Assembly (NCBI GenBank): GCA_020057555.1 | Contig: JAGVFR010000026.1 | Span: forward strand, 22,631 to 86,630 | Direction: 5' to 3' | DNA: 64,000 bases | Source of the DNA: a bacterium | Lineage (GTDB): Bacteria; Patescibacteriota; Patescibacteriia; UBA9934; GWF2-40-263 | Shown here: positions 37,668 through 46,660 of the stretch, piece after piece | How the letters are laid out: every line of letters begins with the position of its first letter | Position numbering within the stretch: the stretch's first letter is position 1 | The notes under the pieces: model-generated | Database searches by the model: none | Seen by the model: the letters and a program-made list of their open reading frames with translations, nothing else | Told to the model about the DNA's origin: nothing | Translations under genes and position numbers: made by a program

Positions 37668-37840
37668 GTCGTTGCGAAGCCGAACCATGTCTCCGGGCCA
37701 ACGGACTTTTCGCCGTTTGTGTTGTCCGGTCTGGCTTTCAGACAGACATCGGCCAACCCGTTTCGGAGGTACGAAGCCAAGCAGTTGGCTTCTTTACTCC
37801 TCCTCTACTCCCTTCGACATGGTTCGAGCTTCGCAACGAC
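37668..37840 (-). repeat. conserved-core hairpin element, copy 3 (expanded, core on minus strand) filling the whole intergenic gap before xseA
   Basis: 24-bp stems GTCGTTGCGAAGCCGAACCATGTC / GACATGGTTCGAGCTTCGCAACGAC; core is the reverse complement of CACAAACGGCGAAAAGTCCGTTGGCCCGGAGACATG plus about 85 extra structured nt. Confidence 0.7.
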
Positions 37841-37846
37841 AGAAAT

Positions 37847-39040
37847 GTGAATACTCTCCGCACAATTTCAGTTGCAGAATTTATCAAGCTTGTAAACGAA
37901 ACTCTGCGACTTATTCCGTCGCAGGAGTTTGTTGTTGAAGGTGAAATTTCCGATTTTCGAATTGCGCAAGATAAGTGGATCAGCTTTGATTTGAAAGATG
38001 AAAATGGAGAAGCAGTGCTTAAGTGTTTCATGACAACTTGGCAATTGCGTGTACAGATAGAAGATGGAATGCGTGTGCAAGTCCGTGGAACTCCAAAAGT
38101 TTATGAGCGATACGGGCAGTTCAAAATGAATGTTCAGGAAGTCGAGCCTGTTGGAGAAGGAGCTCTTAAACGCGCGTACGAACTTTTGAAAAAGAAACTT
38201 GAGCAAGAAGGTTTGTTTGATGTTTCGCGCAAACGTTCTTTGCCGCGTTTTCCAAAACGAATCGGTCTTATCACTTCTCGCGATGCGGCCGCGTACGGCG
38301 ACTTTCTTCAAATTCTAAACAACCGTTGGGGAGGCGTTTCAGTTTTTCATTTGAATGTTCATGTTCAAGGCAGGGAAGCAGTATCAGATTTACTCGGAGC
38401 GTTTGAGTATTTCAATGAGTTGTCTGATACAGAGCGTCCCGATGTCTTGGTTCTTACTCGTGGTGGTGGAGGGTTGGAAGATTTACACGCATTTAACGAC
38501 GAGAGTGTTGCGCGCGCAGTATTCGGTTCAAAAATTCCAGTTGTGTGTGGAGTCGGACATGAACGTGACGAATCGCTTTGTGATTTTGTTGCTGATGTTC
38601 GCGCGTCAACTCCATCAAACGCGGCAGAAAGAGTTGTTCCAAACAGAGAAGAAGTTCGTTATGAAATTGAGATGATGTGTCAACATTCTGAAGAGCGTTT
38701 GCTTAACCAGTTGAGTCAGAAATCATTGATTGTTGAACGCGCAACAAATGTGATAGGGCGAATCATTAGTCAACAAAATGAACGGCTGAAGCATTTGCGT
38801 CAGAGATTTTTTGACGTGACTCATGTTTGGGCGCCAGCGCTTTTTGATCAAATAGATGGATTTGAAAAGATTTTGCGACAACTTGATCCAAAACGTGTGC
38901 TTGCTCGCGGCTACGGAATTGTTACGATAAACGGCCAAGTCTTAAAGGATGTTTCATCACTTGAAATCGGAGCTTCTGTTGGAGTACAATTGGCAAAAGG
39001 CTCATTTGAATCTTATGTCACAAAAAAAGAAAACAATTGA
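37847..39040 (+). CDS. xseA: exodeoxyribonuclease VII large subunit
   Basis: OB-fold N-terminus plus ExoVII large-subunit catalytic domain. Confidence 0.9.
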   Translation: MNTLRTISVAEFIKLVNETLRLIPSQEFVVEGEISDFRIAQDKWISFDLKDENGEAVLKCFMTTWQLRVQIEDGMRVQVRGTPKVYERYGQFKMNVQEVEPVGEGALKRAYELLKKKLEQEGLFDVSRKRSLPRFPKRIGLITSRDAAAYGDFLQILNNRWGGVSVFHLNVHVQGREAVSDLLGAFEYFNELSDTERPDVLVLTRGGGGLEDLHAFNDESVARAVFGSKIPVVCGVGHERDESLCDFVADVRASTPSNAAERVVPNREEVRYEIEMMCQHSEERLLNQLSQKSLIVERATNVIGRIISQQNERLKHLRQRFFDVTHVWAPALFDQIDGFEKILRQLDPKRVLARGYGIVTINGQVLKDVSSLEIGASVGVQLAKGSFESYVTKKENN

Positions 39041-39221
39041 TTTTGCGTCATCTTTTGAAGAGTTGGAAAAGATTACACAATGGTTTGATTCTGAAGAGAA
39101 TGTTGATGTTGAAGTTGGTTTGAAAAAGTTTGAGCGCGGGCTTGAACTCGCGAGCGAGCTCAAAAAGAAATTGTCTGAAGTTGAAAATAAAGTCGAAGAG
39201 ATAAAGAAAAAATTTACTTAA
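39015..39221 (+). CDS. xseB: exodeoxyribonuclease VII small subunit
   Basis: MSQKKKTIDFASSFEELEKITQWFDSEE...KKFERGLELASELKKKL matches XseB; overlaps the xseA 3' end by 26 nt. Confidence 0.8.
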   Translation: MSQKKKTIDFASSFEELEKITQWFDSEENVDVEVGLKKFERGLELASELKKKLSEVENKVEEIKKKFT

Positions 39222-39222
39222 T

Positions 39223-39576
39223 ATGTCTTATCTAATTTTTCGCTGGATTATCAATGCGATCGCGCTTTTGCTTGTTGCGTATTTGGTTCCGGGTTTTGTT
39301 GTTGTTAGTTTGTACAACGCGCTGATAGCCGCATTAGTGCTTGGACTTGTGAACGCGCTCATTCGTCCTCTGTTGTTCATCTTGACGCTTCCGATAACGA
39401 TTCTTACACTTGGACTTTTCACTTTTGTCATCAACGCGCTCATGATTTGGTTTGTCTCAACAGTTGTTGATGGATTTGATGTCGCAGGTTTCACTCCGGC
39501 TTTGCTCGCGGCAATTATTTTGTGGGTGATAAGTATGGTGACGAATTGGATGATAGATCAAGCAAAGGAAACGTAA
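39223..39576 (+). CDS. DUF360 / phage-holin-4-like small membrane protein (YvlD-like)
   Basis: 117 aa, 4 TM helices, family-typical layout. Confidence 0.5.
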   Translation: MSYLIFRWIINAIALLLVAYLVPGFVVVSLYNALIAALVLGLVNALIRPLLFILTLPITILTLGLFTFVINALMIWFVSTVVDGFDVAGFTPALLAAIILWVISMVTNWMIDQAKET

Positions 39577-39606
39577 CCGCTCCAAAACTCGCGATCTTTA
39601 GTTTTA

Positions 39607-39667
39607 CGGGCACCCAGGCGTCTCTTCGACGTACGTTTCAGTACGTCTTCAGAGTCGCCAGCCCGTT
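39607..39667 (+). other. compound hairpin element upstream of pyrH
   Basis: ACGGGC...GCCCGT outer stem and GACGTAC-GTTTCA-GTACGTC inner hairpin with flanking imperfect complementary arms. Confidence 0.4.
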
Positions 39668-39687
39668 CAACTAAATCTCATCGAGTT

Positions 39688-40431
39688 TTGAAACGGTTTG
39701 CCAACTATTTTATGCTACACAAAAATTCTCTCGAACCTTCAACGCTCGTCATTTCAGTTGGCGGATCACTTGTTGTTCCAAACGGCGGAATCGACACAGT
39801 GTTTCTCAAAGATTTCAAAAAATTAATTTCCAATCACATCAAAAGTGGTTGGCGTTTTGTAATTGTTGTTGGTGGGGGTGGAACCGCTCGGCAGTATCAA
39901 TCCGCGGCTCGCGCGATTGGAAAGATCACACCGGAAGATATTGATTGGATCGGTATTCATTCAACAAGATTGAACGGCCATCTAATGCGTACAATTTTTC
40001 GAGACATCGCGCATCCTGTTATGATCAAAGACCCAACTCGTCCTTTATCAAAATGGACCGGACCTGTTTTAATAGCGGCCGGATGGAAACCCGGATGGTC
40101 AACCGATTATGTTGCAACGCGTTTGGCAAAACGTTTCAAAGCAAAAGTCGTTGTGAATTTGTCCAACGTTGATTATGTGTATGACAAAGATCCAAACAAA
40201 CATTCTGATGCAACAGCGATTTGTGAAATGAGTTGGAAGGATTTTCGAAAAATAGTCGGCAACAAATGGGATCCCGGAATGAATGTTCCGTTTGATCCAA
40301 TCGCGTCACGCTTAGCGCATCAATCCGGAATTTCTGTGGCGCTTCTTAATGGAAAAAACATCAAAAATTTGAATGACTTTTTGTCTGGCCGAAAGTTTAT
40401 TGGAAGTGTAATCGGCGGTCACAGCGCTTGA
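39688..40431 (+). CDS. pyrH: UMP kinase, archaeal type (amino-acid kinase fold)
   Basis: VGGSLVVP, VVGGGGTARQY and NVDYVYDKDPNKHSDA blocks align with archaeal-type UMPK rather than bacterial PyrH. Confidence 0.75.
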   Translation: MKRFANYFMLHKNSLEPSTLVISVGGSLVVPNGGIDTVFLKDFKKLISNHIKSGWRFVIVVGGGGTARQYQSAARAIGKITPEDIDWIGIHSTRLNGHLMRTIFRDIAHPVMIKDPTRPLSKWTGPVLIAAGWKPGWSTDYVATRLAKRFKAKVVVNLSNVDYVYDKDPNKHSDATAICEMSWKDFRKIVGNKWDPGMNVPFDPIASRLAHQSGISVALLNGKNIKNLNDFLSGRKFIGSVIGGHSA

Positions 40432-40496
40432 CTTTTTGTTGTTAAAATGATGAAATAGGTCGTCCATGCATGAAATGCATAGGAAAGGAGAAAGGG

Positions 40497-41057
40497 ATGA
40501 GGTTTTTCGTTGTAGTTCTGTTCGTTCTCACAGGGTTCGTTCCGATGGCCTATGCGCAAGAGGAATGTCCTGAAAGTCAGATCATTTCTGATAGTGTCGA
40601 AGCCGAGGTCTGCAAGCTCGATCCAAAAGACAGAGCAGTCGTTGACAAGATCAAGGACGTTCTCTCGCGAGCGAACGAGAAGGAACTCGACAGACTTCGA
40701 ACAAAGATCAAGAACGATCCTGCGTGGAAGATCGCGAACGAAACGCAGAGAGCGTTTTGGCAAGAAGTTATCAACATCGCTTTCATCCATCTCTGGCAAG
40801 ACGACTGTCTTACTCTCTATCTCATGCTCGGTTATTACAGTCGCGCGAATCATACGAAGGTGGATGAGGAATGTGCACGGAACATAGAAAGGCTTGTGTC
40901 AACACTTATAGACACGAAGTCGCCGTTTCCTTCTCCGCACGAAGATTGCCGCAAGGATGATCCAGTGGCTGTTGCGCGGTTCGATCAAGCGCTGGCTTAT
41001 TTTTACATAGTGTATCGCGTGAAGTACAAGTGTCATTGCGATACGGAAGGATACTGA
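40497..41057 (+). CDS. hypothetical secreted Cys-containing protein
   Basis: Strong SD AGGAAAGGAGAAAGGG; signal peptide; GC about 50% with GC3 about 60%, clearly above host genes. Confidence 0.5.
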   Translation: MRFFVVVLFVLTGFVPMAYAQEECPESQIISDSVEAEVCKLDPKDRAVVDKIKDVLSRANEKELDRLRTKIKNDPAWKIANETQRAFWQEVINIAFIHLWQDDCLTLYLMLGYYSRANHTKVDEECARNIERLVSTLIDTKSPFPSPHEDCRKDDPVAVARFDQALAYFYIVYRVKYKCHCDTEGY

Positions 41058-41189
41058 CGTGGTTTACATTTTCATTTCTTTGTTCGTCGTGTTCATCGCG
41101 TCAATGGTGATGAAAATGGCAATACTCTGATCATGTCTATGCCTGTTCGCAACTCGCGAGCAGGTTTTTTTGTACCGTTACCTTGACAC

Positions 41190-41428
41190 TTGTTTCCAGA
41201 TTTATTAGTATATCTTCGAACTAGAGATTCGCCGTAGAAAACGGGTTCCGAAAGGATAAATCCCGTCGAGGTGAAAGAAAAACGTTTGGCGTTTTTCGAT
41301 CAACTTGCGGTGTGAATCGCAGGTTCTTTTATTAAAGGTCGAAAAATAAATAGCCATTAGCCGTTAGCCACTAGCCTTTAGGAAGGCAGTTAATCGAGCT
41401 AATAGCTAAAGGCTAACAGCTTTCCCTT
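41190..41428 (+). promoter_or_regulatory. rplJ upstream leader (candidate L10 autoregulatory leader) with terminator/promoter and TAGCC-repeat palindrome
   Basis: Terminator-like CCTGTTCGCAACTCGCGAGCAGG plus T7 at about 41142-41170, then TTGACA...TATATC, then a structured leader; L10-leader identity is from general operon knowledge, not verified. Confidence 0.35.
41348..41420. repeat. TAGCC-repeat inverted pair immediately upstream of rplJ
   Basis: TAGCCATTAGCCGTTAGCCACTAGCC ... GCTAATAGCTAAAGGCTAACAGC; the same family sits upstream of mreB (52088-52155). Confidence 0.65.
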
Positions 41429-41956
41429 ATGCCAAAAACACGTTCACAAAAAGAAACAATAGTCGCGGAGCTTGCAGATAAACTCTCGCGCATCAAATCA
41501 GCAGTTTTTACATCCATTTCAGGATACACAATGGATGATGCAAACGCTTTGCGCTCGAAAGGTCGTGCACAAGGTGTTGAAGCAGTAGTTGCAAAAAAAA
41601 CTTTGCTTGTCAAAGCGCTTGAGAAAAGTAATTTATCAGTTATTGCTGATGAACTTCAAGGAAGCATTTTGACAACAATGGGATATAACGACGAAGTCTC
41701 GGCCGTCAAACTCATCGCTGGTCTTATCAAAGATCGCGAAGGCATCAAGATTATTGGCGGGATTCTAGAAGGACGTTATGTAAACGCTGATGCAATCAAA
41801 CAACTTGCCACTTTGCCAAGCAAAGAAGAGTTGTACGCGAAAGTTGTTGGATCGATCAACGCGCCAATTTCTGGATTCGTCAATGCACTTGCAGGCAATT
41901 TGCGAAATCTCGTTTACGTTTTGAATGCAGTTAAAGATTCAAAACCTAACTCATAA
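41429..41956 (+). CDS. rplJ: 50S ribosomal protein L10
   Basis: L10 family layout, 175 aa, precedes rplL. Confidence 0.9.
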   Translation: MPKTRSQKETIVAELADKLSRIKSAVFTSISGYTMDDANALRSKGRAQGVEAVVAKKTLLVKALEKSNLSVIADELQGSILTTMGYNDEVSAVKLIAGLIKDREGIKIIGGILEGRYVNADAIKQLATLPSKEELYAKVVGSINAPISGFVNALAGNLRNLVYVLNAVKDSKPNS

Positions 41957-41997
41957 TTCATTCAGATGGAACGCTAAAGCGTTCCGCTACAATTACT

Positions 41998-42402
41998 ATG
42001 TCAGATGAAACAACAGTGGTCGAGGTTCCTGCAAAGTTTCAGGATCTCGTTACAAAGATCGAGCAAATGTCCGTTTTAGACCTTGCAGAACTTGTAAAAA
42101 TTCTTGAAAAGAAATTCGGCGTGAGTGCCGCGGCTCCAGCAATGATGATGGCAGGAGGCGCAGGAGCAGGTGCGGCAGTAGTTGAAGAGAAAACATCATT
42201 CGATGTTGAATTCACAGCCGCCGGCGAAAACAAGATCGGTTCGATCAAAGTTGTCCGCGCGATCACAGGCCTTGGACTTAAAGAGGCAAAGGATCTCGTT
42301 GACGGAGCTCCAAAGATGGTGAAGGAAGGAGTCACAAAAGAGCAAGCAGAAGATATGAAGAAACAGCTCGAGGAAGCTGGAGCAAAAGTCACAATCAAGT
42401 AA
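41998..42402 (+). CDS. rplL: 50S ribosomal protein L7/L12
   Basis: Ala/Gly hinge and C-terminal [23 protein letters not shown] domain. Confidence 0.95.
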   Translation: MSDETTVVEVPAKFQDLVTKIEQMSVLDLAELVKILEKKFGVSAAAPAMMMAGGAGAGAAVVEEKTSFDVEFTAAGENKIGSIKVVRAITGLGLKEAKDLVDGAPKMVKEGVTKEQAEDMKKQLEEAGAKVTIK

Positions 42403-42405
42403 TTC

Positions 42406-42431
42406 AAAAACAGGCGCAAGCCTGTTTTTTC
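42406..42431 (+). terminator. intrinsic terminator after rplL
   Basis: CAGGCGCAAGCCTG hairpin followed by T6. Confidence 0.75.
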
Positions 42432-42730
42432 TTACTCTTTTTTCTAGTTTGTTGTGCAAGTATTTAGATCGTCCGTATCCTCTGTTCTTGATCGTTGTCG
42501 TGAGTCGAAGAGGATAACCAACGTAAGTGGCGGTGGCTTATTTCTCGACGGCGTGGATCGACGTAGATGACCAAACGATTTTACTTTTAGTCTCAATACA
42601 TTCAATAAACTACACAAGAGACAGTTACGGGACATTTTTTCTGCCGTTGGTTCTGTATGAAGGCCAAGAAAAAGGAGTTCCGTCTGTCTCCACTGGAACA
42701 AACGATGGTTGAAGGTGGATAAAAAACAGA

Positions 42731-44881
42731 CTATCTCGCAACATGACTCGGGGCGATGGAGTAAAGTTTTGAGCCGGAGAGAAGATAGATTGTGTATCCC
42801 GATTCATCAACAATTACATCTGTCATGTTTTGGAATGCGTCGGAATGATACTGCACAACAAACGCTCCTGTCTCTTTGTTGAAAACAACCAAACGTTTTG
42901 TGTCCGGTTCAAGTACATACAAATACGCGCTGTCAGTGTCAGTCCAGATGTCGGTTGCGTTTGTGATCGGTGGATCAACAACTCCTGTTTCCCATCCGAC
43001 TTCGCTTCCACTTACAAATCGCGTGATTTTTCCATTTTTCATTAAGACAAAAACCGTTCCATCAATAGTGAATGAACGTGCGTCTTTAAGCGCTGTTGTT
43101 TTTGAAGCAATCCATTTTGCAGGCGCGCCAAATCCATCTCCACTTCTACCATAGCGATAAACTTGTCCGTCAGTTTCTGTTTGCGTCAAAATGTATAGTC
43201 GGTTTGCATACGCAAGCAGATCAATCCATTTTCCTTCTATCTGTTCTAGGCTGATTGGTTTTTGTGCTGACTCATCTTTTATGAATTGAGAAACAACGTT
43301 GTTGTCGGTTAATGAGTAGACCTTATCTTTGTCAGCGCTTGCTGAAAGTGAAACTCGCGCGTTTGTTTCTTGAACACTTGCTGGTTTGAATACTTTTTGT
43401 GTTCGATCAAGTTGGTATACACGACCGTCTGTTGCAAAGACATAAATATCAGAACCGACTTTCACAAATGATTGTCCAAACACTCCATCAGTCACAGATG
43501 CCAGATCTCCGAGCAATGCTGGATTTGGAACGTTCACCAAATGTCGAATATCATCCATTGATTTTTGCATTTCAAGTCTTAGATCTTCTGTCTTTTGAAT
43601 TCGCTCCTCTGTATTTGTCGGAAGTTGATCGATAAGGTTTGCAGCATTCACAAATAAACTTCGAGCTTGATTTTCGTCCTTGTAAATAATTGCTCCTGTT
43701 GCGCGCTCCATTAGATCTGTGATCGCATCGATTTTTTGTTGATAGGCTTGTTCATCTTGTGATCGCGCTCGGCTTGATGAGAAAAGTGAAATGCTTACAA
43801 TCAAAACTACAACAACAGCGGCAATGCCACCTAAAAGATATTTCTTGGATCGATCCATGTGTGTGAACGATCTAACAAGCCTTTGGAAGTTTCCTTGAAA
43901 TTCCAGTCGTCCCTCTTTTGTCATTAAGTGTTGTGTAGTTTTAACGGATTTTCTGGTTGCACGTCGAATCCAACGCCAAATAAGCTTCCAAATCTCCTTT
44001 TCAACAAATTTTTTAGTGCGAACTTTAAGTGTTTCAATTAAGGTATTAAGCTTCGGTGTTTGATCAGCAAGTAATTCTTGTGTTTCATCTTCTTGGTTTT
44101 TGAAATGCTGAACCGAGACATTTGTTTTAAGAGTTGCGTGTTGTTCACCCTTATTTTGAGCTGATATGTCTTGAGCTTTAATGACCACCAACAACAGAGC
44201 GGTTTTAAGTGGAAAATATTGTCGAATTTTTTCCGTGGCTCCAGAAGGCGGAAGTGTTGTGAGAACAGTGTTGAGTTCATCAGCAGCCAAAGCTCTTTGT
44301 AAGTCAACGTTTGAAATTGTAAAAACATCACCCTCGTGCAAGTCACCATCAAGAACAACAGCAAATGCTTTTTCCCAAGTTGGAAATGATTGTTCTGATT
44401 GAATGCTGTGAAACAGATTGAAGACTTGATAGCGCTGTGAAGGTCTGCGGTGAAGAAACAGTGCAGTTAAATCTCCAGTTCCTGACAAAAACATTTGATG
44501 TTCACATGCAATACCAAGCACTGCGTCAAATTGTTCAATTGGAACATTCCATCGCCCGTCTCTAACATTTTGCGCGAGTGTTTCGTTTAGTGCACCAAGA
44601 AATTGTTCAAAGCGATGCTGTGCGTTTGCTTCAGAGCCGAAAGAGTCTGCAAGCCTGTGGATTTGATCTGACAAAAGTTGGGAAAGCATTTCAGCATCCT
44701 GGGTTTGTTTCTGGCATCGAGCAACCAAAAATACCCAACCACTTCTTTCTTGTAGCGGTAAAAGCACGCAAATGCCTTCAATTCGTTCTTCTGGGGATCG
44801 TGGGCAGTATTCAGCTGCCTTAAGGTTTAGAGTCATACTTTTGATGTTTCCATTTGCCCTCCTGTTACCATTTGTGTACAT
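42731..44881 (-). CDS. large single-pass membrane protein: cytoplasmic degenerate PP2C-like domain + TM + extracellular beta-propeller-like domain
   Basis: TM helix YLLGGIAAVVVVLIVSISLF mid-protein; N-terminal region has PP2C-like block order but lacks the metal-binding Asp motifs; C-terminal repeated YxxDGxVY-like strands; true start may be 44836. Confidence 0.55.
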   Translation of the reverse strand: MYTNGNRRANGNIKSMTLNLKAAEYCPRSPEERIEGICVLLPLQERSGWVFLVARCQKQTQDAEMLSQLLSDQIHRLADSFGSEANAQHRFEQFLGALNETLAQNVRDGRWNVPIEQFDAVLGIACEHQMFLSGTGDLTALFLHRRPSQRYQVFNLFHSIQSEQSFPTWEKAFAVVLDGDLHEGDVFTISNVDLQRALAADELNTVLTTLPPSGATEKIRQYFPLKTALLLVVIKAQDISAQNKGEQHATLKTNVSVQHFKNQEDETQELLADQTPKLNTLIETLKVRTKKFVEKEIWKLIWRWIRRATRKSVKTTQHLMTKEGRLEFQGNFQRLVRSFTHMDRSKKYLLGGIAAVVVVLIVSISLFSSSRARSQDEQAYQQKIDAITDLMERATGAIIYKDENQARSLFVNAANLIDQLPTNTEERIQKTEDLRLEMQKSMDDIRHLVNVPNPALLGDLASVTDGVFGQSFVKVGSDIYVFATDGRVYQLDRTQKVFKPASVQETNARVSLSASADKDKVYSLTDNNVVSQFIKDESAQKPISLEQIEGKWIDLLAYANRLYILTQTETDGQVYRYGRSGDGFGAPAKWIASKTTALKDARSFTIDGTVFVLMKNGKITRFVSGSEVGWETGVVDPPITNATDIWTDTDSAYLYVLEPDTKRLVVFNKETGAFVVQYHSDAFQNMTDVIVDESGYTIYLLSGSKLYSIAPSHVAR

Positions 44882-44915
44882 TATACCTGTACAGATTCTT
44901 GACGCAAACGTCAGT

Positions 44916-45524
44916 ATGATGACAAAAGGTTTTCAGCTTGAACAGATGTTTGGTTCAAAGACACGAGCAAGGCTCATGGCTCTTTTTTTACAATATCCAA
45001 AGGAAGCTTTTTTTGTCCGTGAGCTTACGAGAAGAATCGATGCGCAACTAAATTCCGTGCGTCGTGAACTCAAAAATCTCATTGAACTTGGTCTTATTGT
45101 TGAGAAGCAAGCAGAAAATAGAAAGAAAGGGAAGTCTCTTGCGGAAAAGAAAAAGTATTATATTGCGAACTCAAATTTTATTTTATTTGATGATCTTCGA
45201 GGTGTTTTTCAAAAAGTTCAGATTCTCTTGAAACAAAATTTTGTGCAAGAGATGGATGCGAACGGTGAAATTTTATATCTTGCGTTCACAGGGCGATTTG
45301 TTGACGCAAAAGATATTCCAACTGATTTGTTTATTGTTGGATCAATTAAACAAGCGGCTTTAGAAAAATTGATTGCAAAGTTTGAGCATGAATTGTCCTA
45401 TGAGGTGAATTACACTCTAATGCCAAAGGATGAATTTTTGGATCGCAAGCAAATCGCGGATCGTTTTCTTCTTACAATTTTGAATGGAGATAAGATTGTG
45501 ATGATAAACCGACTTTCAGTATGA
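44916..45524 (+). CDS. winged-helix DNA-binding protein (putative transcriptional regulator)
   Basis: Start at ATG 44916 preferred over ORF start 44772; FVRELTRRIDAQLNSVRRELKNLIELGLIV wHTH-like segment. Confidence 0.5.
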   Translation: MMTKGFQLEQMFGSKTRARLMALFLQYPKEAFFVRELTRRIDAQLNSVRRELKNLIELGLIVEKQAENRKKGKSLAEKKKYYIANSNFILFDDLRGVFQKVQILLKQNFVQEMDANGEILYLAFTGRFVDAKDIPTDLFIVGSIKQAALEKLIAKFEHELSYEVNYTLMPKDEFLDRKQIADRFLLTILNGDKIVMINRLSV

Positions 45525-45910
45525 TTGTGTTTATATGCGCTCAAGACCTTGGTTTTTTTTGGCTGGGTTTGATTCAAGACCAATCGTTTATTACATTGGA
45601 AAAAATTGATGGTTCGCCAGAAGATATTCTAAAAGAGCTTGATGACTTTATAATCACTAACAAAATTGACTGCAATAAACTTGACGGAATCTCAATTGTC
45701 AGTGGACCAGGGTCGTTTACAGCCAGCCGTTTGAGTCTGATGATCGCAAATGGGCTTTATTTCACAAAATCAATCCCAATTTTTGTACTGGAAAATCCAT
45801 CCAAACTCGAGCCGGAAGTGCTTATCAAAGAAAATGGCATAGGAAAATTAGCGCTCGGTTATGTTGTTCCAGCTTATGATCGACCTCCGCACATAACAGC
45901 CAAACATTGA
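45521..45910 (+). CDS. truncated TsaB/YeaZ-like protein (inactive Kae1/TsaD paralog)
   Basis: GPGSFTASRLSLMIANGL matches the TsaB GPGSFTGxRIG block; only 129 aa versus about 230 typical. Confidence 0.45.
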   Translation: MIVFICAQDLGFFWLGLIQDQSFITLEKIDGSPEDILKELDDFIITNKIDCNKLDGISIVSGPGSFTASRLSLMIANGLYFTKSIPIFVLENPSKLEPEVLIKENGIGKLALGYVVPAYDRPPHITAKH

Positions 45911-45982
45911 ATAGTTTTGATAAAAATGTTAAGTTTTAATTAAGTTCATCTAACTACTAATCTAATTATTTAATTATTCCTT

Positions 45983-46660
45983 ATGGATTTTACCAATGTT
46001 CTTCAAGGACCAGTCCTTGAAATGTGGGACATTGTTTTGGCTTATTTGCCAAATCTATTGGGTGCAGTCATCGTGTTTTTGATTGGCGTTATCGTGGCTC
46101 TTGTTCTAAGAAGCGTTGTCGAGCAAGTGATCAAGCTTTTGCGCATTGATGATCTTGCGCAGAAACTTGAGATCCGATCGCAGTTTGAGCGTTTCGGAGT
46201 AAGTCTTCACATTGGTCACCTTTTGGGTTGGATTGTGAAGTGGTTCTTCGTTATCGTTGCTTTGATCGCGGCAACAGACATCTTGGGCTGGGAACAGTTG
46301 ACATCCTATCTTCAAGAGATCGTTCTATTTATTCCAAACGTAGTAATTGCTGTTATCATTTTGCTTGCAGGAATTTTGCTTGCTAACTTTGTACAGCGCG
46401 TTGTGAAGTCTGCAGTTGAAGCCGCGAAACTTACGTCAGCAAGTTTTCTATCAGGAGTTGCAAAATGGGCAATCTTGATTTTCAGCTTTATGGCAGCGTT
46501 AGTGCAGTTGGAAATCGCACCAGATTTGATCCGTGTTCTGTTTACAGGTCTTGTATTTATGATTGCACTTGCAGGCGGACTTGCATTTGGTCTTGGTGGA
46601 CGCGAACAAGCAGGGAAACTTCTTGAACGTCTTCGCAAAGATATTTCTTCAGACAGATAA
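45983..46660 (+). CDS. TM-helix-repeat membrane protein (mechanosensitive-channel-associated family-like)
   Basis: Repeated TM helices with internally similar segments. Confidence 0.45.
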   Translation: MDFTNVLQGPVLEMWDIVLAYLPNLLGAVIVFLIGVIVALVLRSVVEQVIKLLRIDDLAQKLEIRSQFERFGVSLHIGHLLGWIVKWFFVIVALIAATDILGWEQLTSYLQEIVLFIPNVVIAVIILLAGILLANFVQRVVKSAVEAAKLTSASFLSGVAKWAILIFSFMAALVQLEIAPDLIRVLFTGLVFMIALAGGLAFGLGGREQAGKLLERLRKDISSDR

